64,000 nucleotides of DNA from Tubulanus polymorphus (lineage: Eukaryota; Animalia; Nemertea): assembly GCF_964204645.1 (NCBI RefSeq), contig NC_134031.1, positions 17,161,807 through 17,225,806 of the forward strand. Reading direction: 5' to 3'. The notes under the pieces are model-generated. The model had not been told where the DNA came from. It made no database searches and saw only the letters and a program-made list of their open reading frames with translations. The position numbers were made by a program, and so were the translations under genes. Of this stretch, positions 35,790 to 47,269 are shown in pieces; within the stretch, counting starts at the first letter, position 1, and each line of letters begins with the position of its first letter.

Positions 35790-38624
35790 AATTATCGTAT
35801 GCGAAATACGCGCTTTACCTTCGTACTTAAATTACGGCAGCAGTATTCGAATCGCAGAGGAATCGGCGGACTTCTGGAATCGGTGGTCTAAATGAATCAA
35901 CAGAGGAATCATTGGTCTTTGTGAATCGCAGAAGTTTATAATGCTGATATTTCATACAGACGTGTTCTTTCTATCATATAACACCCCTGTCTCGCAGATA
36001 CTTGTAAAAACTTATAGGATAATAAAACTAGGGTATTGGTGTATGTATAAACTGAATCGGTGAGTCTAGGTAATTAAGAGGTAGAACATTTTGTTTTCGA
36101 TAAACTTGGTAGTGGTAGTGTTTAGAAGTCTAGGGCGTAAAGCTTTGAAGTCAAATTTGAAATTATATCTGTGAAACTTATATCTGAAGATTTGTTAAAA
36201 TATATCATATATTACTGTTACATTCGTTATAAGGAGCAAATCCTGTATGCATTCATGAATCCTACAAAACTCGTAGTCATATCACATTTGATACTTTTTC
36301 TTGTTATCTATTATTGGCCATGGGTAAACTATACTATATGTACTAATGTTATGATTCTCCTGGTGTGATTAAAGGGGTTTTACTGTTAGGTTTTAAGGAA
36401 GAGATGTATTTGTAGCGTATTCGAATGCTACGTACTGTTAATCGTGTCTTATATAGATATTTATAACGTCTTTTCATTCATAGAGAGACTTTCTTCTTGT
36501 TGATGTTTTTATTTTTGAGTCTATAATAAAAATCGAAGAAGCAATAAAATACTGTCGGCAATAACCTGGTTTTCAGATTTATTGAATCATCGAATCAAGT
36601 GAAGATTTTTTGTTTGAATGTCTTGAAGGGTGACAAGTTTTGTAGACTGGTTCAGACTCTCTAGATGTCTTACTGGATATTCTTGGATATTACCACAATG
36701 AAGCAGCATTTCTGCGAGGAATTGGATTGATATGTGATTCATAAAATAACTGAGAAATTGAGGAATTTTTCATGAAATGGTTAGACTTTATTTAACATTT
36801 ACACATGCTAATCTTCGTATGATCTGTCTTATTATTGAGCGCTAACATATTATCACATCTACCAGTAAACATCAAATATAGTTCGAAAATATTGACTGAT
36901 TTTACGTCCTACTACGGTACTGTTATGCAAAAATGGGGCAAAGAAACACGCTAGGTCATCAGACTGCAGTTCCACATAGGAAACAAATTTACTAGCAGCT
37001 GTGGAACTGTTAATTCTCCAGATCTAATCTAATGTTAATGAATTAGGATTACTAAAATTCAACAAAAGGGGTAGAATATTTGGCACGCACATCTCCTTAT
37101 TTGTCTTTTCGCCTCTACACGTATTTCTGGTTAGAAAACAAGAGTAAGGAAGATGGCCGTTAACATTACAATCAGTAATTAGTAAAAAGTGATTATTTTC
37201 TTGCATTTTTGGTATATCGAGATATAATCTACTGCAATCTAATACATACATGGTTATACTTGTGCAGGCTGGAAAACGTTTCACTAGATTCAGCTATCGG
37301 TGATTATTAAGCTAAAAATGTCGAATACTGCTTTATTAATCATGATTTTATGGCTGACTTAAAACAAAACAACCAGTGATGATTAAGTACACTTCAATGA
37401 TTAGGCATTCTTAGGCCAACAACATTCACGCAGGGACGTGAAATTATTGTTGAAGGGTCAATTTAGTTTGCTATTAGCGATAGAATTTATATCCATTTAT
37501 GTTCATCAAGTTTGCCATTATATCTGCTTGTTTATAATTTCCACACATAAAGTAAAAATAACTATATACAGCAATATTCCTGTGGTTAGTCTATATAAAC
37601 ATATTCTACAACTGGCGGCCCAAATATTTGTATATTATATTGAACAATCTCCATTTTGAGCCACACGTAGTCTCTGGAACCAGCGTTTCTCCTTAATGAA
37701 TTGACTGGTATCGAATTATGAACATTTTTCGCTGCACTTTCAGTCCAAGTTGATTTTCGTTACATCTGCCTATTCATTGTAACTGTTACGCTGCTTGTCG
37801 GAAGAGTAGGGAAGTTCTGACCATTTACTGAAACACGAGTCCAATATTTTTGTTTCATTAAAAATGCTGAATGATCTTTGTCATTTTCTTGATGAACTAC
37901 ATGTGAAATTATCATAATTGTGCATCTTGTATTTTGTAATCCCGTAGATTTGCAATTGATGTAGTTGAATAATTCCAATCTCTACAATGTACTACATTTA
38001 CACGCACATACAATGAGCCATAAATCTGAATCTATCAGTACTAACCTTGTATTGGATCAGGTGGCTAACAATTAGGATTTTTCAGCCATTTTCAAATCAA
38101 TCCAAAATAGTTTCATTTCTAGTGCATATAGCAATGGTAAATGCATGGGTCTAATGGTATTCAATCATCATAAATTCCAGGGGAATGATTTAGGGAAATT
38201 CCTGCATCTTTCATCTCGGTGCAGATGTAAAATCCTCAGTGACTCGAAATCTATTGGCACATCCAAGGCCTATAGTGAAGGTCGTACTCTAAGGCGACAC
38301 TTACCAGTGATTAAAGCCCAAAACTTACTAGAATTGTGATTTCCTCATTCGGGAGTTAGAGTTTGAAAATGTATATCCACTTTTAGATTTAGGAATAGAT
38401 AATAGTCAAGATATTCCTGCATAAAGTGGCATGTATATACCCTCACTATAGACTAACAACTAAACAACAAAGAAAGAAAACTCCATAACAGAAAAGCAAC
38501 AAAACAACATCAAACACATGAAACCAAAATAATGCAGTAAATAATCCATATATTTGATAAATATATCTATTTTCTTAACAATAAAATGTGACTAGATATA
38601 CAGTTACTGTGTACACAACAATAG

Positions 38625-41600
38625 TTACGATAATGTACCTAAATCGACGCGGTTACCACCTTCATTTTCAACGAGAGTCACTTTCATATCGGGATCTGCT
38701 TGTTCTTTACTGGCTTTCATACGTAATTCCTGTTGGTAACCTCTGAAAATTGCCACGGGAAATTTTAGACAACAGAACAAGAAAATATGAGTATCAGAGT
38801 ACTGTAAGGCTAAAAAAATTGATACCTTGTTTCTCCGCTCTGCTGAGCTTAAATGTTGACCCGGCCGGCCGCCTATCTACCCTATACATTACTTTTTTTA
38901 AAATCGTGATCAATTTCACCATAACAGACCCGGCCGCTATAGAAATGAACTGTTTACAAATTTTATCAAATTTTACAAAAATGACCCGGCCGCTGCGGAG
39001 AAACAAGGTATCATTTTTGTTTAGCCTAAACTGTGCCCATCCAATGAATGGCTCAAGCCACGATGTACCCTTCTAGAAATGCTTGATATACATGTACCAG
39101 TATTGTAAACATTGCTTAACTTAGGCTGAACAGAGATCTTAACTTTTAAGCTGTTAAACGAATTATCCTTATAATCAAAGACTTGACACACGCTAAATTT
39201 CATGGACCTTATATTAGTCAAAGAGAAGCAAGTTCGATACAAAGGTCGATTACTCAGTAATAAATATAGAATTACAACTTGTAAAGAGATAGAATAGATT
39301 TAATCTTTCGTACACATATACAAAATATACAATATCTATTTGTTTGTTTTTTTCTTAGACCCATAAACCCTCAAGTTACTCTACGTATATCTCATTTCTG
39401 ACAACTGGCAATACAAGTTTATTCGAGATAATTATTTTACCGAATTACTTATATAGGGAGCTGAAACCTACAAGTTGAGCTAGTATTTATAGTATTGAGA
39501 CATTACCACATTACCAATAAAGTAAAGAGAATGGCAAAACGGGCTAACATATACAGAAATAGGGCCTATTTTAAACTTGAAACAAAACAATCTCAAAAAG
39601 AAATGCACAACGAAGTGAATGACTAAAATAATTGCACAATCAGCCGACTGAAGATTTGAATGTAGAACAAGCTAATTTCGTCGAGTCATAAAGAGCCCAA
39701 TAGGGCATTCATAAACTGGAATGGAGAAGAAAACTAAAGGCAATGCACATGCATCCTCTCTTCACAAAATCTCAGGAGATGGCATAGATCTCCAGATCAT
39801 AAATACTGAATGAACGCATATAACAGAAAATACATTGATAAGGTAGTAAGTTGAGTGCAGCACATGTAAGAATGCACTTGACAATTTTAACTTACAACTA
39901 ACACACTCGAGGAAACTACAATTATCGAATATCTATGAGCCAACATAAAACAGTATCAAATTGATAGACGTATCAAGTAGTTCAATAACTGAGATAGCTA
40001 GGTTTAGACTTTGTAATAAAGCGTACCGGTATATAAAACTTTTGTTGTTTAATAGATATTAATCTTATTTGATGTTTTATTCATTTATTTGTTATTATCG
40101 AATGTAAGATGTTTTTCTCGTAAAATGGAATGCGGGACGAACTATCATCATCGTGTTAATCGCTTCGAATGAATATCAGATCATTGATTGACCATCGGCG
40201 AATAGCCTTCCGAAGTGGTCCGACTTTGCATTAATTGAGAATTTTCTATATCGCCCGAACGCGATTTCGAAGCCGTCATTTTCATTTCGTCGACGTCGGC
40301 TCTGAAACAGAATGTCGTTCGTTAAAAACAAAAAACACAGCACGCGACGGGAATAAGCAACCGAACTAAGCCATTGCATAAATATAATGTGAGATACAAG
40401 CAACCGGGCTGATGAAATGTGAACACAGCAAACATTTTTTTCGTGCGGCGAGCAAATGAAAACATCACAACTCCATAAATCGTGTCTATTCAACTTAATA
40501 CGAGAAAAATAATTCTACAAAACATGGCTAGGGACAAACGAAATACTTACTTCGTTCGAAATTGTATCTCGCAAAATACAGTTTCGGGTAGATTTTTATA
40601 TGTACCAGTTTTACAGCGATGGATTTAACAGAATTCACAGCGTAAATCCTCAACTGAGTACACTGGGGTGTGAGGGCTTAATTCTAAACTCGTTAAAATA
40701 TCGAAAAACACTCGGAAAGCATTAACACAGACGAACGATATAAGCTTACTTTTTTCCTAAAGACATAATACCATATACAACTCCGGTGCCGATAATCAAA
40801 GCACCACCAAGACCAGTGGCGACACCAATACATGTCGCTGGTGGAATGACGCCAAGTCTGAAACATTAGAAATCAAGCGCAAATGTAAGTCACAGCTTTG
40901 AGATCCAGATTGCCTAAAGATACCTATCTTATGTAACTTTTTTTCATACTATTTTGATAACATTCTTTGCCCCTCCCACAAAGGAGACCATGAAAGATTT
41001 TCCTGACTTCAGAGTGGCATTTGAATTTTAAATGCGCCATTGGAGTTTTTCAGCCCTATTAAAAGGGAGAAAGGAGGCCAGTGAATAAGCCATGAAACAC
41101 AGGGTTGGCTGCCACCAGAATTCGAACCTGGAGCTCTTAGATTGACGAGACTGATGCCTTAAAACCACTCAGCTCCTGCAACTCCTACGAAACAAATCTT
41201 ATTCTAGATTTTATGCTGCGAAACTTACAGGACATAAACAATAGCTTTCTGCCAGTAAGCTCTATTATCGACAAATTTTGTTACGCTGTCCACGAAGTCA
41301 AGAAATGGACAACAGCAAGGCGACTCGCAGAGGATCAATGCAAATCCAAATAACCTGAAATATATAATTTGTAAAACGTTATTCTACATATTGGCAAGTA
41401 GGCCTATACCATTAGACTTCAGGTGGGCTGGTTCCATAGTCCATAGTCAATTCTAATAAAAGTGGTCTTAGATTTTAAGACTGGTCATAAGTTGTTAGAT
41501 TGGTTTATAGAGCCAATATGGTCTGAGACTGGTCTCAAAATCTGAGCCATGCATGCAACTGGACCGTGGGCCCATTTTCACACAAATCTTTGTTGTACCG

Positions 41601-42003
41601 GGTAATTGCTATTGGTTATTTCATGTTTTCAATGAGGACAACAATTCAGACTCAAATGATTTAAGCTTAAACTTTTCAAGCGAAACTGGACCCAGGTAGC
41701 ATCCCGATAACTTACATTTGTAATATTCCAGCTATCAAACATCGTGGTGTTACTGTAACGCATGCCCAGACACCCGTACACAAAGCAACTGAAAGACATT
41801 AGCATTTTGTAGTGGCATACAGGTAGTACAAATTCAAACACAGGGTGCAATAAGGAAAGTATCGACGCATGGTTCTACTAATTCTTACTGACTCCTCCAA
41901 TAGTGCCGAGACCTCGAGCCAATGTCCTCATCCACCAGCTGACCTGAGGATTTGACGGATGCCCGGCACCTTCAGCGCTCGGACGTTGAAATGACTGACC
42001 CAT
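38625..42003 (-). CDS. CACFD1: Calcium channel Flower homolog; common exons 42003-41889, 41788-41716, 41354-41229, 40857-40750, then distal terminal exon 38742-38625
   Basis: VSWWMRTLARGLGTIGGV, CLIAGILQM, LILCESPCCCPFLDF, YWQKAIVY and GTGVVYGIMSLGKK are hallmark Flower/CACFD1 motifs. The distal exon adds GYQQELRMKASKEQADPDMKVTLVENEGGNRVDLGTLS*. Confidence 0.9.
38808..39026. mobile_element. PIF/Harbinger-like MITE, intact copy
   Basis: TAA|GGCTAAAAAAATTGATACCTTGTTTCTCCGC...GCGGAGAAACAAGGTATCATTTTTGTTTAGCC|TAA. Other copies at 15058-15502 and (partial, inverted) ~32440-32550. Confidence 0.85.
40181..40301 (-). CDS. CACFD1: Alternative proximal terminal exon of CACFD1/Flower
   Basis: Acceptor tctgtttcAG at 40303-40302 in the same phase as the donor at 40749. 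Encodes (K)ADVDEMKMTASKSRSGDIENSQLMQSRTTSEGYSPMVNQ*, with AATAAA hexamers ~40089 and ~40082 downstream. Confidence 0.8.
40950..41185 (-). mobile_element. tRNA-derived SINE-like element in a CACFD1 intron
   Basis: Minus strand GGAGTTGCAGGAGCTGAGTGG..GGTTCGAATTC gives A-box/B-box spacing of a tRNA head but no intact acceptor stem. A second B-box (GGTTCGAATCC) fragment lies at ~42350-42395. Confidence 0.5.
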
Positions 42004-42670
42004 TTTAAAAACACCTCACTCCAAACGCATACACCACAGTTACAGGATGAATAACTCTTTAAGGAGTTATGACTCACTCCCTCGCTCCTGGGCTGGCCTT
42101 CCTGACCTACTAGAACTGTCCTACCTAGATTTAAGCCCTAAATTACCGATCTTTTCATCCAAAATTTAATGTTAGGATTTAAGTAAATATGTAAACAGCA
42201 CGGTAAAAGATTGGTTTTCTTCTTGTCGCGTTTAAAACAATTATTTAGAGAATTATTTATCGATGTGTCAAAATATATAAATTTGTCACCGTAAAATGGA
42301 CCATGTCGAAATACAATCTTTATTACTCGCATGCCACAGTAGGAATACATCCTCCCTCAGCAGGGATTCGAACCTGATGGTATCACTACACTCTCATTCG
42401 TACTGTGTATATCAAACCTTTTTAACACATTTGTTGTAATTCTATATTCTGTTCAGTTCAGACCCAATCATTTGTATTTGTATTTGTATTTTATATGATT
42501 AACTACTGATTAAATTTTGAATTGAATTGAATTGAATTGTATACTGACATAACTCTGAATATCTCCGCGATTTCCGTCCAAGGTCGTTGAGCCATCCCGT
42601 TTTTTTAGATCATAGATTGGCGTTTGAGAGTGGAAATTAGGGCCAAAACGAGAGAGAATCACCGGCTATT

Positions 42671-45428
42671 ATGATCATCGAAGCGAAGGACAGTTTGACC
42701 AGCTTTTTAACTGGATCTTGTATCATTTTGATCGCAATTCTAGCAAACATCGGTGGACCATTCGCCTTTGTATTTAATAACTTTTTCTATATCGCTATCG
42801 CGCTTTACGTGGTCGTGTTCGGTATCTGGTTATCGGTTAATTTCAAAGGACCACGTTTTCAGGTAATCACAATGATTTTGATTGACATTTTAGCGTTGTA
42901 TGTCGCTCCTTAACCTACTGTCTTCTAACATTGTTTTCCGTAATAATTGTTGCGATGCCATTTCGTTGTTAATCGGTTGATCTACAGTTATTTATTATGC
43001 ATCAGTGTCTCTCGGTAAACTACAGCTGGTAATGATAACAAAAAAACAAAAAGTTGTTGTGTATTCATAGTTTATTTCCTTACTGAACAAACTGATGCAT
43101 AATTAAGTCTAATACCCAGCCGTTGTCAGGGAACCGTAACAACGACTGGTATTCAGACAAATGTATAATGTATGCAGATTATTGATGAAATTAAGGAACA
43201 AAACGTCACAGGGATAGCATGTGCTGCAAACAGTAGATGTATGGTATGGTAATCCACTAACATAAGGCCATATATAAAAGAAGTTACTTCATTCTCATCA
43301 AAAGTTATGAAAAAAATCAGGGGGAGGTTAATGTTTTATATAGAATATTCCACTAGCTCTTACGATATATAGCCTATATGAAGGCTAGCAACACCTCTAT
43401 CTTGTCGCTGAAAGAAAATCGGTCAATGTGTGTCAATAATCTATAAACTTTGTGAACTCGTACTACATATCTGTATGTCTATATCGATTGTTTAGACTAT
43501 CATGTTTCACTTTTGTGTAGATCAACATAAAATATTGTTAGTCTGATTTTTTTATCGGAGGCAGTAATTTATGTTTTTTATTTCAAAATATAAAAATAAC
43601 TCCAGGCGGAGCGGGTAATATGGCCTAACCCCTTTCTCCCATTAATTGCCTGCGCTCCAACGATACTTTTTTCGATTGTTTCAGAATGCTATCCGAGGTG
43701 GATTTCTAGGTCTTGTGTTTGGTATCGGACTGATGTTGAGTGTGTCGGGATGGGTCGTAATGCCGCTCGGTTGGTACATCGCGATGCTCGCGTTCTTTCA
43801 TTGGTCCGAATACTTCGTTACGGCGCTTACGAATCCATCGCACATCGTATTAGATTCGTATTTACTGAATCACAGTACGGCGTATCAAGTGGCAGCAGTA
43901 GCGAGCTGGATCGAATATACGATAGAACTGCTCGTGTTTCCAGGTAAAATGCTTCAAACGCGAACCACTATAGTACGTATAGGATGACAGGGTTCTTATC
44001 GTTTTGTAAGGAATATGAAATAGATCTCCGCTTGAAAATGATTGTAAGCGAATTTGAAAAATCCGTGAAGAATCGTGAAAATTGTAAGAAGTCCGTCGTA
44101 ATATTTTGATCCCCCTTTTTGCCATGAACAGTGGAGCTCCGATTTTATGCAGTGTTGAAGCTATGAAAAATTTTACGCGAATTCTGTTCAGATTGTGATC
44201 ATCCTTTGTACCTTGACGTAAAAAATGTGAAAAATCTTGGTATCGTAAAAAAATGGGAATTGAATGCCAATTGTAAGTGGTGTGAAAAGTGTGAATTTTT
44301 CCAATCTAACCCCTAGGATGAGAATGTTAGATATGTAATATTTACTTGATGTTTCTCTTGCATTTTAAAAAAACTTTTCATGGTTTGAGTGAAATTTATA
44401 TTTTCAGAGATGAAGAAAGTACTTTGGTTGAGCGCGATTGGATTGTTAATCGTAATGTTCGGCGAGGCGTTGCGTAAAATAGCGATGTGCACGGCGCGGT
44501 CGAATTTCAATCACTACGTTCAACACGTCAAAGAAGAAGGACACATTCTCGTTACGCACGGTGTTTACAGGTTTTTCCGTCATCCGGCTTACGTCGGCTG
44601 GTTCTGGTGGAGCGTCGGAACGCAGGTTCGTTTCGTATCTCATTCAGACGCTCCCTATTTGTTTCTTCGGCTATCGATCTACTCCCTGTACCCACGAGGC
44701 CACATAGGCCTATAAAAAGAAGTGGTTCCTTTGATTTTGGACCCACAGTTATTGCAGTGTGACCATTGACCTGGAGAACTCAGGGGATCAGAGAAATCAG
44801 GAAATTTGGCAAATTTTACCAAAACCAGGAAAACTCAGGGGTTTTATATATCCTATTGACCACGCTTTTCTTTATCAATACGTAATCTTCATGAAAAAAG
44901 TGAATAAATGGTTAGTAACATTTTAAACCAAGAAGTTCCTCGGATTTACCCCTGGGCCCGGTTTCATTGAGTATCAAAGTTATCCCTAGGGGTAAATCAT
45001 GAATCTGGGTGATAACCACCATAGTTACAATGAGAAACCATGGTTATAACCGACAAATTTCAAAATATTCCCAGGGATTACTTTTCTTCCACATCCATGA
45101 AACCTAGCCCTGGAATTTTGTAACATCGAAAAAATCAGTGAAATCTTAGGGAATTTGTAAATAAGTGGAAAGTGACCATGCTGTATTGTCACAAACCCCT
45201 GTGGTATGTCTCTACGGTTGTATAGGTTATATATTTCTCTTTCAGATCATTCTAGTGAATCCTATATGTTTCATCGCGTACACGGCCGCTTCGTGGAAAT
45301 TCTTTCAAGGTCGCGTCGTAGCCGAGGAGATCACGTTGCTGAATTTTTTCGGCGAGCAATATCTGGACTATCAGAAACGCGTCGGAACCGGTCTACCGTT
45401 CATCAAAGGTTACCGCGGTGAGTTATGA
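42671..45428 (+). CDS. ICMT: Protein-S-isoprenylcysteine O-methyltransferase; exons 42671-42862, 43685-43943, 44408-44625, 45246-45428
   Basis: FFHWSEYFVTA, SYLLNHS, GEALRKIAMCTARSNFNH, HILVTHGVYRFFRHPAYVGWFWWSVGTQ and EEITLLNFFGEQYLDYQKRVGTGLPFI. Confidence 0.96.
44755..45183. mobile_element. hAT-like element (CAGGGTGGCCAC family) with a nested Harbinger-like MITE at ~44953-45110
   Basis: cagtgtgaccattgacctggagaactcagggg head with tcagggaa repeats, as in copies at ~52345 and ~57437. The internal element has gggcccggtttcat..atgaaacctagccc termini. Confidence 0.5.
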
Positions 45429-47269
45429 TATGATGAACCGAGGAGGAACTACGCATGAAAATCGATCTGAATCTTTTTTTTAGAAAAAACGATAATTGAC
45501 AACTATCGATGACTGAGTGAATGGAGGCAGCCATTTACTTATTTTTCTACGAAGTTTAGGCATTTTAAAAATTGAAAATAGGGATAAATTTGTTAACAGA
45601 ATAATAATGATAATTTCATTCCATTTATTTGAATATATATATATATATAATATCGATCAGAGATAGATATTTGAAATATTTTCATCTTGATTATTTATAA
45701 CTAATACGTTTGATATAGGCATATTATTCTAAAGAGGATTTTGATTTGAAATTAAGGACGGTAAAAGATTTATCATAACTTTATGCTCTTGATGTTGATT
45801 CCTCCTCTTAATGTGTTATATTCGATTGGGTAGTGGTGTGTGTAAATTAGGAACCTTCTATGAGCCGTATGTGGGATCCAGCTTCACAGTTCTACTGGGT
45901 TAAGGTTTGACTTACAAAAAATTGGAAATGGGCAAATTTTCCTTCAATAGTGGCAACTGTGAAACTGCGTGTCCTGATCAAGTAATGCCGGTAAATATGG
46001 AGTAAATCGCTCATAAAATGTTGTTTATGGTCGAAGTCAAATTTCTGAGCGGGTACTGCAGTGGAACTTAACGTCAAGCGATCAATCAGGGTCAATAGAT
46101 TATTGAATGGACTATAGTAATTATAGTAAATAGATTTAAAGAGTTACACTTGTAGATACCGGTATATTTCACATATTGTGTGCACCTTATTTTCTAAATG
46201 CTTTAAGTACGACTACTAATTAGACAATTATTACAAATGATTATTTTTTGCCAGTTTGAAGGTAGTGAATGTACTCGTTGTTTGTTATTGATTGTATATA
46301 TATAAGATGATACTTACTGAGGATAATAAATTAATGTTTTATATATGTAAAAGTTGGACTAGTTTTCGGGTCACCTAAATAGTCGCGGATCAGTTTATTT
46401 TAACCTGGATTTTGATCTGTATATGATTAACAGTGATGTAGGCGCTTCCTTGGAATTATCTCCTTTAAAACTCCCTATATCCAGGAATGACTCATCTGTA
46501 GGGACCCTGTGTATTCAATTGTGGTTTTATCAGAAGTAGTTGCTGGATAAGTGTTTGCAACCAAATTAATCTTGCCCCCATTCATTGTCTCATTCAAAGC
46601 AGTTTGGAGGACAAGTTTCTGGGACCCATGGTCGTTGTTTTAACTGTAGGGCCTTCTATGAATGTAAACCCTGTTGCAATGCCATAAGCCATCTCGATCG
46701 TCAGATCTGGGAGACAAGTTTGGGCAGACTGAAGACTCCTTAATACGAGATACAATCAGATTTGCGATATTCTGCAAGGGAGTTTGTTTCCTCGCCATTT
46801 ATAGAAATCACAAACAAGTTCTGGATTTTTCAGTGAATATACAAATCATCATTTTATTACATATACCCATGCATCATATAGCGAGTAGTGACTATACAAA
46901 TTTGCTAAGTATATTATCTTTATTTACAATATCACAGCAGGTTTCGAATAGGAATACATCGTCACCATAAAATAAGCATTGAAATCACCTCAAATTTATT
47001 CATAGTTCGGTGAAAATATTCAGTAAGTCAGGGCGGAAAATTCTGAGTATCGTACGAAAAGATTTTCGACGTAACGAATGAAACTATGATTTTTCAAAGA
47101 AAAAAATGAGCTATTATTCCACGATGAACTGAGTACATTATTTAATATATATATATATATCTTAAAATGTTCATATGACAAACATATATGCACCAAAAGG
47201 AAATAAAACAATACATCCATAAAGAATTCATTCAATGAAATAATATACGCGTAATTATGATGAATATGA

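Noticed and set aside
41105-41185. Functional tRNA gene
   Set aside because: A and B boxes are present, but the acceptor and anticodon stems do not pair, so it is better explained as a SINE head.
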